Origin: Pecten maximus
Taxonomy: Eukaryota
DNA length: 64,000 nt
Assembly (NCBI RefSeq): GCF_902652985.1
Contig: NC_047019.1
Location: forward strand, 33,604,001-33,668,000
Direction: 5' to 3'
In this document: positions 50,814-63,200 of the stretch, one piece after another
Numbering within the stretch: the first letter of the stretch is position 1
How the letters are laid out: every line of letters begins with the position of its first letter
The notes under the pieces: generated by a model
Databases searched by the model: none
Told to the model about the DNA's origin: nothing
What the model saw: the letters and a program-made list of their open reading frames with translations, nothing else
Program-made: the position numbers and the translations under genes

Positions 50814-52217
50814 TTTTTTTTCGTCTTTTCGAAAAAAATGGTCAAGATCCATCCATTGGATCATTGATATATATATAACGAAATTGTGTATATTGTATTA
50901 CAATATGATGACATTATTCCAGTAAATTTCAATTTTATCATATTTTTCATTCAGTATTATGACCTTGTATTAGTTTGATGGTGACCGTGTATTACAGAAT
51001 GATGACGTTGCATTAAAGTATGATGATTCATATAACAGTATAATGAACTTGTATTACAGTATAATGACATTCTTTAAAGTATGATGATATTATATTACAG
51101 TATGATGACCTTGGTCGTACTATTGGCATCAATACGGGACACATTGAAACTGCGGACTTTGACCTTGAAGAAGAAGACATCATCTTTTTGTTGGATGTAA
51201 GTTACTTCGATAACGATATTGTGTATAAACTATAGTAAGGAAGCAGTTTATAAGGATCATATGATCATTTCAATATGTTTATATGCTAGTTTACATTGAA
51301 AAACATACATGTATATGTTTAACATATTAACGTTGTATATTGTTCAGATAGCTGTACCCCGTTCTATCTCTGGTCTGTTTTGACATTTACAATTAACCTA
51401 TGACAATATTAACATGTATCTACTAAATATGAAGCCGTTTGAAGTGGTTTATTTAAATACTAATACATTTAGCTAATACTATTTCGAAAGTACAACAAAT
51501 ACATGCCATTATATAAAAACAATATGTAAAAACTTCTTTGATGCAGAATATGTTTAACTGCTTGAAATTTAAGTAGACACAAGTTCTGTGTTGTTCTATA
51601 AGCATAATTGTAATTCCATGTGTTAACATATAAGTTGAAAAGGCAGATAACCAATGGTAACTCAGCAGGCAGAACAGCAATAAAATACAAAATACAGTAT
51701 AATATATATTTTTTGTTAACCATACCGTACTTCGGGATAGTTTGGCGTTTTTTTTTTGCTCAAAATAGGGTGGTTAAATGTTGGTGCGTCAAATTTTGGC
51801 GTTTACCATCATGTGTGTTAAATTTTGGCACTTACCTGTAGTAATGTAATTGATATGTTTGTACATTACGCTATAGAAGTCTACATATTAATTTCTGATT
51901 CGAGATCTTTACGAAAGTAAAGTTCATAAGTAAGTCCATGAGATAATGAAGTACACAGTATAAATGGAACGACGGTTGCTATAATCCGGATATTGTTCCG
52001 ACGATTTTTGTGTGTGAAAATTTGGTGTGTTTAATTTCGGCTCATTCACACCAGGCGCCAAATAAACCAAAATATAACCACATCCAAAATATCCAAAGTA
52101 CAGTACAATACTTGCAAAATGAAAATACAGTATTTATATTTTTTCTCTTTTTAGCAAGGAAGAAACACAACCATCGATTTTCTGAAAATGTATGCTGCGA
52201 AGGAAAACGAGAAATAA
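40009..52217 (+). CDS. Gene 2: patatin-like phospholipase (PNPLA domain, ExoU/VipD-like type) with two EF-hands and a predicted N-myristoylation site, 500 aa, 14 coding exons
   Basis: Exons 40009-40063, 41268-41410, 41874-42024, 46224-46366, 47213-47348, 47527-47628, 48322-48452, 48655-48740, 49148-49223, 49442-49507, 49955-50050, 50351-50509, 51101-51196, 52155-52217 total 1503 nt; all GT-AG, phases consistent. Motifs: FENIVFEGGGSKGMAY (oxyanion loop), FAGTSAG (catalytic Ser), AVRMSMSIPG, YIDGG (catalytic Asp), EF loops DTNLDGKINNQE and DKNGNGQVTFQE. Confidence 0.92.
41268..41410 (+). CDS. Gene 2 exon: patatin glycine-rich loop
   Basis: DVPPPAPPTELELRARQINPAEHVYPFENIVFEGGGSKGMAYCGAVR|gtaagt. 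Confidence 0.92.
41874..42024 (+). CDS. Gene 2 exon: GTSAG nucleophile elbow
   Basis: ALEDIGLFPQIKRFAGTSAGAITAALLSVGYNSHDVEKFMRNDMSKNFML. Confidence 0.93.
42680..42972. repeat. Degenerate 26-bp minisatellite
   Basis: ACTGTCGGTA at 42745, 42771, 42797, 42823. Confidence 0.85.
43410..45270. repeat. 36-bp satellite (GTTATAATGTGTAGACTATATAACCTATAAATACTA) in a gene 2 intron, interrupted at 43727-44015
   Basis: Period 36; source of the spurious ORF 43945-44898. Confidence 0.96.
46224..46366 (+). CDS. Gene 2 exon
   Basis: DGSFLWRFFTFIPRFVFGYGLSPALQFNNWLGERLREKTGNADITFEQ|gtatgt. Confidence 0.9.
47213..47348 (+). CDS. Gene 2 exon
   Basis: LYDFGGKELCIVVTNINNMAEEYCHPKTTPDMPVRLAVRMSMSIP(G). Confidence 0.92.
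47527..47628 (+). CDS. Gene 2 exon: catalytic DGG
   Basis: GMFQVVKYNPNTQSPNNMYIDGGVLCNYPIHCFD(G). Confidence 0.92.
48322..48452 (+). CDS. Gene 2 exon
   Basis: GWWLSMKSKDAFIRRMHDLDQLPAMLSKACRFGERSDKTLGFLV|gttagt. Confidence 0.88.
48655..48740 (+). CDS. Gene 2 exon
   Basis: FSEGEADNFRFYLEKRTPVHSRSNSTLN(R), phases 0 and 2. Confidence 0.82.
49148..49223 (+). CDS. Gene 2 exon: polybasic segment
   Basis: RKRRAELIAKARERKRISTAVRHFFP|gtaagg. Confidence 0.8.
49442..49507 (+). CDS. Gene 2 exon: EF-hand 1
   Basis: Acceptor ttttttccattcaag|; LLEKYDTNLDGKINNQEFQNIY|gtaagt. Confidence 0.85.
49955..50050 (+). CDS. Gene 2 exon: start of EF-hand 2
   Basis: DHFSEEDRQALFGDLDGSNVVFKRLDKNGNGQ|gtaggt. Confidence 0.88.
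50351..50509 (+). CDS. Gene 2 exon
   Basis: VTFQEIIRYIEGRGLAVNQRYLGYKRQDVTSIVSYASSIFDTMLLNLKRLHME|gtaaat. Confidence 0.9.
51101..51196 (+). CDS. Gene 2 exon
   Basis: YDDLGRTIGINTGHIETADFDLEEEDIIFLLD|gtaagt. Confidence 0.88.
51723..52105. mobile_element. TA-flanked mariner-type MITE in the last intron of gene 2
   Basis: TACCGTACTTCGGGATA ... TATCCAAAGTACAGTA imperfect TIRs. Confidence 0.6.
52155..52217 (+). CDS. Gene 2 terminal exon
   Basis: Strong acceptor ttttctctttttag|; QGRNTTIDFLKMYAAKENEK*, resembling the usual patatin C-terminal helix. Confidence 0.85.
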   Translation, partial: QGRNTTIDFLKMYAAKENEK

Positions 52218-52544
52218 GCAAAAAGGTTCCTTTCTGAAAAAAACCATGTATAAATGAAATACATATAGTTAATACTAATGACATGTTGTTTGAATACAAG
52301 ACAAATAAGACATTCATGATTTTTAGCTGTAAAGACCTTTCTAGGCGATGTTGATCGATGTTTGGAAATCTTTTAAAACAAGATAGAGATACTTAAGATA
52401 GTTATAACTGTATTATTGTAGGATAAATAGGTAGTCTGACAACGGACCAGTAACCTTTTACAGTCACCAGGAATGCTAAAGTACAGTGCTCTGATATTTT
52501 GTTTGTTTTTTGTTTGCTAACGCCCTACAGGAACAATAACGTTA

Positions 52545-52960
52545 TTTCTTAGTTTCATTACATCAGTATTGATCTAGGTAATTAGGAATTACTTCCCTTA
52601 TATCAGTATTGAATTAGGTAATAAGGAATTACTTCCCTTATATCAGTATTGAATTAGGTAATTAGGAATTAATTCCCTTATATCAGTATTGAATAAGGTA
52701 ATTAGGAACTACTTCCCCGACATCAGTATTGAATAGATAATAAGGCATTAATTCAAATTACTTCCCCTACATCAGTATTGAACTAGATAATTAGGGATTA
52801 ATTCATCTGCACCAGTATTTGAACTAGATAATTAGGTATTCATTTCCCTACATAACTATTGAATACGTATTCATGAATTATATCCCCTACATCAGTTTTG
52901 AAATTGGCCATGGTTATAAGTGCTTACTTGCCCTAAATCCGTACTGAACTAAGTAATTAG
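52545..52960. repeat. 40-bp minisatellite
   Basis: ATCAGTATTGA at 52562, 52602, 52642, 52682, 52722. Confidence 0.88.
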
Positions 52961-55536
52961 TTTTTCCGGATTGGGAATTTTTCTTCTTTCATGTTGCAAC
53001 TTTAACATATTTCATTTGAAAATATTTTTTTATAATATAATGGTTTGTGTTTGCATCTGATGTATATTTACGTATTGCTTTTGGAAAATAACAAGCTACT
53101 CAATATAATCATATCAACTCTCGAAACTCTTATTTGAATTCAGCTAAATGATCATATACAGATTCGAAAGAGACAGAGTTTTTAACATAGAAAAACTAAC
53201 CTGTACACAATTAAAGTCATGAAAGTTTTATTAACGTAACGAAATAAAAAGCAAATTCCAAGCTGAATAAAACACGAAAATCCAATGGATTGGAGATAAA
53301 TCACCATTTCAAATATGTATGGACTGGCTAGGGGCTGTCAAACTACGAATCCATTTTGTAAAGAAACACTGCAAATGGTGTACTGGCCATACCACCGATC
53401 TTATGTGTTTCCAGCATAGAACAGATGGTGTTGCAGAACACTGGTGAAAAGATAAACAAAATTTCATTTGGGGAGTTGTAGATTTCACGTCAACTACCAG
53501 CTACATTTGTATGTACTGATAGTGACCAATATAAATGTGATCAACATAAGACTCTCTATTATTATCCTTATAGAAACTACAGAAAGTATATTCCTGGCTG
53601 GTATATTTCTCCCTGTAATGACATGTCATCATTCTCATATTGGGCATGGGTTGTATGTATCTCATATGAAGATTTTGTAGAATATTATGGTAAGGTGAAG
53701 GCTGACAGAAGAGACGATCGAGAGCGTTAAAAAAAGAAAGAAAAAAAGGGAGATTTGTCAGACAGTTTTGATCGCCGATAATACAAACAGAAATGTGGTG
53801 TTAGAAAAACCCTCCACTTCATTTAATATTTTTGTTGTGACTGAATCATTATAGTTAGGTTTGTAGATTTTATCTAGCAGCTGTATTACAAACACGTAAA
53901 ATTTGTGTGATGAATTCGATTGTTAATTATGTTTGTTACATAATCATTTTGAACTACAATCGATTGAATGCCGTCATTTTGTACATTCGATTGTTAATCT
54001 TTTTTGCTACATAATTATTTGAACTAGAATCGATACTAATTTTGTACATCTCGTTGTGAAATGTAAGATGTTAAAGTGTGTTAAATTCAAATTAGAAAAT
54101 GAACAATTTAATCTCTAATTTTGAAAAAAATGACGTGTTTTTTTTCTAACTCGCATTTAATAAATGTTATTTGAAAAAAAGAAGTTTTTGATCCCCATTG
54201 AAACGTACGTATGAAATACTGGTGGTAATTGTTAATATTTTTCATGCAAGAAAATGAAATTTGAAATATTAACTTGTATGTGTTTGGAGGAGTCGTGACT
54301 ATGTTTGTTTTTATTCAGTTTTATCTTTCAATAAGCATAAATATTTCAATATGTAAACTTCCATTGAATAAATATATACAATGTAGTTAAATGAATTTAA
54401 TTAACTTCAAGTTACAATGTATGTCAGTCTTTTCTGGTAGTACATGTACCTTTTAAGTACTTGATTACTTATGTTTTCATTTTGATAAAAGAATATAATG
54501 TTATGTTCATACATTGTATAATTTCATGAAACAACATTTGTTATATTTTGCTCTATATTCTTTTTTGAAAATTGAATTCAGCTTACATATTTGTCATTTC
54601 ATGTCTAGGATTTTCAGTTAAAGACTGAAATTGTTTTAATACTTGTTTAATATAATTATGATGATAGTTAATTTTTGAAATTGTATTTTCGCTTATATTC
54701 AATAAAACGGCTTTATGATAAAAATAGTTCATATCTATCTTAATCAAGTTAGTTAAATGAAATATTCACATCTGAATAACACGCCATATTTCTTTCAACG
54801 AATCGTCAGGTTACACATATCCGAAGGTAAGTCAGGCTATAGTTCATGTGCTTCGTCAGTTTCCTTGGTGAGTGGCATCTTTTATGTGTGGGTTTTCACT
54901 TTAAGTCCGTGTGGATGCTTCAACGTCGACAGCGAATTAAGTAATGCTCACAAAATAAAGTAAAATAAAACCTGAAAATGTAAAGAATAACAACAATGCA
55001 CTAAAATTGTCACTTTTACAATCATCTGGGATGAAATTATTTGTTTAATCCTCTCTATGTTTTCGTAAAGTATGACAAAATTACAAAAATATGTTGAAAG
55101 ATGGAATGTTTACTCTAATAATATCAATGATATATTGTGAGAATATATACCATAGTTCTTCATAATTCCATTAAAAATCGGAAAATCACCCACTGAACAC
55201 TTGGAATATGTAAGTAAAACACGGAAAACATGCCATCCACGTATGGGTAAACTGATTTGTTTAAATGAATGGCGGACTATCGATCAACGCATCAGAAGCG
55301 AACTTATGCCTTTCTGTTTATCATCCGAAAATGTTACTCTTTGCGCGCAGGGTTGTTTCACGTTTTATTTTTCAGATGTTTACTACATACTTTACTTATG
55401 AATTATTGACGTAATTTAGCAGAATTGACAAATTAAATGAAGATGAACTCGAAGGGAATTATGAAGTTTAACTAGATACAATTTTATGTTGATACATGTA
55501 GGCAAAAACAGTTTCAATTCAATGCTAATAGATTTA

Positions 55537-56359
55537 GGGTACTTGTCAAGTGCGAAACGAAAGCGAAACGAAACGAAACGAAATCAAACGAACCGAAACG
55601 AAATCAAACGCAATGAAACGAAATCAAACGAAACGAAAAATGAATTTTTGAAAAAAAAAAGAACAAAAAATATTAGACTGTTCATATGCCTTAGTGTACC
55701 CATTCTCATCGGTGGTGTAAAAACAACACACAGGAAATTATGAATTTATCGCAATATTCACTCAGTAACTCTGCTTACTCCACGATTTTTAGGCATGCAA
55801 CTTTGAATAATTCTGGATATGTTTTAGACAATGTTTAAGCACTGGATTAGTTAAGTAGATGACCCATGATCAAAAATGAATATTTTTTTTATTTCTTTAA
55901 TTTATTTCAGCTTTTTCTCGGAGATTTTCTAAGGTTTTTCTTTCATCTTAACCCAAGGTCAGACGTGCATTAAATAGCGTAGCTTAACGTGCTTAAAATA
56001 ACGCTTATACTAGCAAGTTAAATCACGTTACTTAATGAGTGAAAAGCAAATATGTTATTGTAAGAGTAACGTCCCTTCTTTTTGAAAGTGAATCTAGTTG
56101 GTAAATATGCAAAATGTTTGTGCATCCAATACACTACGCGATTTGCATGACTGTTAGTAGTGGATAAGCATTTGAATAGAGGTATTCTATATTGAAAGAA
56201 CTGGATTAGTATTGCGATAAATTTATGCTTTCCTGTGTGTTGTTTTTACACCGATGAGAATGGGACACTTTGGCCTATGTACAGCCTTTTTTCCAATTTT
56301 TCAATGTCTCCCTCTTCGTTTCGTTTCGTTTTGCTTTTGTTTCGCACTTTACAGGTGCC
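55537..56359. mobile_element. Foldback/MITE with (GAAAC)n-containing arms and 8-9 bp TSD
   Basis: Flanking direct repeat ATAGATTTA (55528-55536, 56360-56368); GGGTACTTGTCAAGTGCGAAAC pairs with GTTTCGCACTTTACAGGTGCC; inner inverted repeat 55693-55755 vs 56210-56269. Confidence 0.8.
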
Positions 56360-57249
56360 ATAGATTTAAGACACACTCAATTTTGTATCGGTGGTGATTG
56401 GGTTATGTACTTACTTTTGATATTTTATCAAAACATACAACCCTATTGTTGTTTTTAGTCTATGATAATTTCTTAACGTCGGCGACGTAGCACCTTTAAC
56501 AAATCCAACTACAAGAAGAATTGACGAAACGAGTCTTAGAGAATTTCATGAAGTAAAAAAGAAAGTAGGGTTAAATGAATTTAATCGCCATCAACATCCA
56601 ACAAAATTTAATTGACAACATACATTTTCATTCATTATGGCGAACTCTCACAGATATCTCCATCGGGTTATCAGTATGCTAAAGGAAAACGTAATGTTTC
56701 ATTGTTCATCACTTCCATTTCCAGTCTTTCAAAGATGCTATTTATTTCCATAATCTACTGGCGTATATACACAAACTGATGAAAAAGGATGTTAAACCTT
56801 TTTAATAGCTTATCATTTGCAATTTATCTTTTCCTCCATTTAAGTTAACAAAGTAAGGCATTGAATTTCATTTAACCGTTATCTTCACCAAGTCCTTAAA
56901 ATTCGCCAACATGTATTATTAAATGTAAAAAACCCTAATCGGCCCCAAAATTAGAGAAGTTTAACTGTGACAATAAGTTTAAATGTACATGTATATATGC
57001 ACATTTGCTGTAAAAACGAAGGAAATCCATAATGAGTCCGAAAATGGCCCATATTGACCTAATCCTTTATCATGAAATGCTTTATGTCAAATCAAAGGTA
57101 AGTATGTATAATCAAAAGAATTATTTTCAAAGATATTCAGATAAAGAGTATATATCTATCAATTTTCGTAGATAATTAGTCTATAAACCAACTGTGATCG
57201 CGGTACAGACGAAATATCACTTTAAAACATTATTGTATTTGGTATAATT

Positions 57250-60200
57250 CTTAATACCTAAAATCGGGACGCACAATTCGGTCCTACATTATGTAGTTTT
57301 ACTCCAGTGAAACAGCTTATAACCTTTATCGGTGGCTTTGTGTAACGAGTGTTTGTGTATTAGGTCACGGTATGGTTATGATGTAACAGGGTTACTGAGG
57401 TGTAAAAGGCCGACAATAACGAGAAGTCATGTAATAACTGCGTAATTTTTACCTAAACAAACCTGGAGTGTGAGTAACAAAAACACTTTTGTTGTGTATA
57501 ATCTTCCTGCCATAGCATGTCAACAACCATTATGATATATAGGATATTATTTTATATGAAAGCGATATGTGAATTCCTGACTCCATAATTAGACTACATT
57601 ATTGATCATCCGACATCGTAAAATATTCCAAGATGTTTTAATTAAGCAAACGTTTCGATACCTCAATCTCCAATGATTAGGAAAAAAATCTGTTGAAGCT
57701 TTGGAAAATTGGAAAACCAGAACTTTCCGCTTACAATAGATTAGGAAGGGCAAAGAAAATGGATAATTAATCTTACTTTCATACGATTCAGAAGCAAAAA
57801 TAAATCCCGAAGAAATGTGTATGTGTCATATAATAAATAAGGACATGCTGATGAAGATGCTATCTTCTCACCTGAAATGGAAAACTATAAATCATTACTT
57901 ATATATTACTTATTACAACAGTCTATTTATGGTCATGCGATCATAACTGCATTTAGCAAGGACCATATATGCTATGGACAGTGGAAGCAAGTTATTCACT
58001 AATCATGCCTTTCCAGTTACTAAATATTACCACGTTCAATAATAGAAAAATGTGATTTAATGCTTATTTCCGACCTGCCACAATTGAAATGTGAAACACA
58101 CTCCATATTTTCTACCTCAAACAATGGAAAACTGTACAATGGAAAGTGGTAATATATTGTTTACAATCAAATATGAATTTTCTGATTTTCCCCACATAGT
58201 TTAAAGCAAAACTGATTAACTTTTTTGATTATAACATGGGATAATATTCCCTTCTGCATCTCCTCCGTATTCCATAAATGACGCGTTCGAACATAGCTTT
58301 CCTGGAAAGATACAAATGGAAAGTATTTAAATGGCTTAGGTATTCATCATTCCTAGTGTACATGCACGGGTATCTTTTCAGTTTCCTGTGTCTTTGCCAC
58401 ATATTGATTACCTGATGATTTACATTTCGTTGGTCTGGTTTCTGCATAGATTGTATCTTTTGCTTCATGCATTGTGATTTAATTTATGATACATATTACA
58501 TACTTTCTTTGGATTTTCCCGAACCTTTTAGAATATTTCCTGTTTCAGTATCTGTATTAAATTTTGTTGATTAGAATGGCAGAAATTTAAAGGTCGTTCT
58601 CTTTTTTTTTCTCAAAACAACATTGTGTCCGTGATGACTGATTTGACCATACTACGTTAAAAGGTTGAGACAAAATTCCCTGGTACCAGATAGCATTTAG
58701 TTATCGTGAATACTTTATTTAATTCGCAAACTAGATACATAAGTCTTATACCGCTAACCATTAGCCTAACCGCTATTTAGTTTAATGATAGTCATTTAGC
58801 TATACCTGAAATGTTACCCATATACATACTAGCTCACACATATGATGCGTAGCGTAAAAATCTATGAATGTGAACATCCGTGCCCTTGTATGTAAGAGAT
58901 TGAAATGGGTCGCTTCTTAATAAAACAAAACAACTCCTCAATACCAACGCTTGCATGGAACATAAAATGACCAAATGGCCATAAACATATTTGGGGAGTG
59001 TATATTTAAGGGGTATTGTATGGCAATATTGAATGAATTCAACCTGAGTATGTCAGTGTAGGATAAATACCAAATTCTGTAGGTACTGCTTAAAAACACA
59101 CAAACGAACAGCATTATTGAGAGTGAAAATAAAATGAATTCGATAAGATGTTAAGTATCAATACTGATCATTAGATTAACTCGGGTAATGCACGAAAACC
59201 ACCTTCTTCAAAGTAACCACTGTTATGAAAATAACATAACCAGGAACGAATGCGCTTTAATTACTTTGAATCTAAAATTAAATCAATAATAAAAGTTGTC
59301 TTCCCTTTTCACAAAATACTGTATTTGATGCGATTATGTTTTGTTCAAATTACACGTGTAATGCGTGCGCTTTAATGTAAAACTTCATATCGCTTCATGC
59401 ATTAGGGCACGTGTTAAGCAATTCCTTCAATATGTATTTATTAATGACACGGCCATCTAACTGGATTTGAACATTTTATTTTGTATGGATTTATTTGTTG
59501 TTTTTATTCTTTTAAGTGTCTTTTTAGTTGTGAATAACAATGTTTGAAGGCTTTATTTCTGAGAAAAATAATAAGATTCAATTAAAAATAGGAAAAGCCA
59601 CTTGCACATGTGTTAAACACCTATATGCTACACGCGTTCGCTGTTACCATCCTGCCAATGTTTGTTATCGCTCTTTATCTTTCAAATTTAAAGTGAATAC
59701 ATAATCAATAGTACCTCGATGCTATTCCTCCTACCAGGAATTCTCTATTCAGCATTGAACCATGTAACACTCTATTCTTATATTTTTCGGCATAGCCGTA
59801 TAATTTTCTTTTTGCCCCGGATATGACGCGACAGGTGGCGTTACTGGTCAAGATGAAGTATGTGATTGGTCAACGTAGCGGTAAATGCAAATTGCAGATA
59901 TGCAGTTAAAAACGAAACAAAGTTAAGATTGAATGTAAGCTGAATAAGCGGATGAATCTTTTCAAATGATACATTGATAAAATTAAATTCCTGATTAAAA
60001 TGATTCAAACTGATATAATTCTGTTATCCGTGCTGAAACGCATTATATCGTTAATTTATTTCAACATCAGCTTAACATTATAACCACCAGCATTTAAACT
60101 ATGCCGTTTATCTTTTTTAAAGATATTTCTTGTTTTAGGATGTTTTCATTATTCCTACTCTTTGGTGGTGTCAATTATTCGTTTTTCTTTTCCCTGGATG

Positions 60201-63200
60201 TAATGTTCTGCACAAGCAGTAAATCCGCTGTCGTTGATATAGCCCATGCAACAATTTGATATGCACGTAGGCAACCGCAAAAAGACATGAATGAACACAT
60301 TAATATTATGATAGATATCCGTCTCTAAGGACAAATACGTTATCTCTCAAGTGAGCTATTGACGGCAATTACATAACTATATTACTTTAGCAATCCAATA
60401 CAAGTGGTCCAAGGGCTTACACTTAAATGCGTTGAAGTATTCCGAAGCACATACATGTACATGTACATCCCGGACTTGGCGGGACTTTCCATCTATCCGC
60501 AATCGAATCGTAACGACCTAAATCTGGGACGGTCAAGGTACATGTGAAATGTCCTAGTCTAGACATCGTCCTTGAACTATTTTGCTGTAGCATCTGTAAC
60601 TGGGACATGATTGTGTTAGCAAATCTGATATCGATAGGCCTGTTTTTTTTTTTATCCCGATAACTTACAGCTTTACGATTACGGTTGGCTGAATTTTAAC
60701 TACAGAACATTTTTACAGTGCAAGACATGTCTAAAATTCATATTAGAAAAACTGAACTTCCGCTTATATATTATTTTGCTCAGTATTAATACACTCTCTA
60801 TAGAGAAATAGTTACTCGAAAACAATATGGTCAAAACTACTCTAATTAACCAAATTACTCACTATAAATGTTTCAAAATATTTTACGAACAAAATACATG
60901 GCTATTTTTCAATCAACTGAATTACTTGAGGTCTATAAATGATGAACAGTAGGCATTTACTTCGACGAATATTGATTAACATATTTTGAAAATTTGAAAC
61001 ATCGGAATATCAATCAATACACTTTTTGTTCAGAAAGTTGTATAGTTGTGTAACGTCTTCTTATTCCAAGAGTTTTAACATTTCCCGAAATTGTAACAGC
61101 CAGGTCGTTTAAAGTGATGTATTTGACGTGAAGACATTTTATTGACAATCGGAAAATCACATTAATGGTAATTACCATACACTGCATTCACATTTCCTGT
61201 TTTTAAGTGATACGAACTTGATGCACCACTCGTATCAAACTGTAGGCTTACACTAAAATTACGTCACTTCGACAAACATTCCTTAACAGTGAAGTACCGG
61301 CAATAATATTATCGGGTGTAAACCATTTATGTAGCACCATCTCGACGCATTGAATTGGGTGAGTAAATGACTAAATTAATTTTGATAGATTTAAATATTA
61401 AGTAATATTTCTGTCTGTTGCGAAGTTATTGTAAAATTTTCCTGTTAGGCATTGCCAAATATCGTGCATTACCCGAGGTCTACCAGTGATTGAGCGTGCT
61501 ATTATACTCTTTGCTCGCTATATACCTGTGCAAACTATCCTGTTTATGCTTTCTGTTTAAGTTGGCCGATTTTTTGTGTGCGACGTAAAAAATACATTTA
61601 AAGAGATGGAAAAAACTGAGAAAAAAATTCAAAAACCTATGCAAAAAATAAATCTTTTTAAACAAGCGGAAATGTTTAGAATTATTTCACATCATTTTCC
61701 ATTTCGTGCATATACAGTTCGCGTTATTCAATTCGAAAAAAAAATACAACAAATTAATATGACATCCTGCCTTTGATGTTACAAATTTTCAGATAAAAAG
61801 TGTCATGTTTGTGTTTTACGGGCTATACGCTGTAGCCGGCTATCTACGGTCAGTATGGTAATACCTTCGACTGGGTACAGCGATCATAGTTCGACATTTC
61901 TTTATTTTGAAATAATCCAAACTACTATTTCTGTGAATGTGTTTTATACCTCAGGAGGTGGCAGTGAAACTTTGCTCACCAGAACGAGATATCCCCATGG
62001 CCTACCTGCTTACTGGAAAAGTATCAGGAAAAGCCCAAAATCAAGAAAAAAAAAACCTTTCAAAATGTCAAACGTTTTGCACGAGAGACGGTGAATGGTT
62101 GCAATGTGATACTATTAAAAATAGATAATTTTACATTTGCTTTTACCATAGGATTTCATTTCACAACCTGATGATATTGTTTTTATAGACTGTTTATCCT
62201 GTATCCAAAATTTAAGAAATTGACTATTTTAGATATTCATTATTTCAATCAAAGATGCGATTTAATCCTGTGTATTTCTAAATTCCTAAAATCGGGAGGC
62301 GCCATTCGGTGTTGTGCTATGTGGCTTTATTAAGTAAAAACCGCACATAACTTTTATATTAGGATATCTGTATTGTATTTATTTGATTATAATGCAAGAA
62401 AGCTAAAAACCGTTCTTTTTCAACAACATTGTGTCCGTAATGATAGATTTTATCATGATACGCTAAAAAGGTTGAGCCAATATTCCCTTGATACCAGTAA
62501 ATGGGGTTCATCGGCTGCAAATTTTGCCGCCAGATGGCGTTTGTGCTCTAGTTGGTATGTTCTTGAAAGACTGAAGAGTTCCAATACACTTTTACAAAGG
62601 TCAAGCTGGTGTAACTTTTACGTAGCTTCGCTAATTCCAACTTCAGCCGCTCAACTTTCCAGCCATCATACGCCATATTGTTTACGTTGACGTAAATACC
62701 AACTAAAACACGGGCGCCCCCTAGTGACGTCAAGAGGGTTAACTCCCCGATGAACCGCATTACTCTCCGTCTATTAAATATCGCGAATACTTTATTAATT
62801 TCGCGATTGCTACTTCAGACATGAACTATAAAAGACTCACATAACGATAACCGTTAGCTCGGGCGCCATTTCGTTTCAAGATAGTCATTTAGCTATAACT
62901 GAAATGTTATTCGTCAAATTACCATAGTACAGGCAAGCTTACACGTATGGTACGTAAACGTTAACATCTTTGAACGTTAACATCCGTGTCCTCGTATTTA
63001 GGAGATTCAGATCAATTGCTTCTTCATTAGATCAAAAAATGTCCTCAATGTGAGCGCTGAAATGTGCTACTGTCCACATATTACTTCTTGCATGAGTGCA
63101 CATGTTTAAGGTGATTCCTTCAGCATGTATTTATTGGTGTCAAAAACATGGCCACCTCTGGATTAGAACATTTTATTCTTTATGGAATTATTGGTTGTTT

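Noticed and set aside
53200-53730. Coding-looking stretch (..CTDSDQYKCDQHKTLYYYPY..EYYGKVKADRRDDRER*) as a possible pseudogene or last exon of gene 2
   Set aside because: Stops occur in all frames and I recognise no family; gene 2 ends cleanly at 52217. A translated search would be needed.
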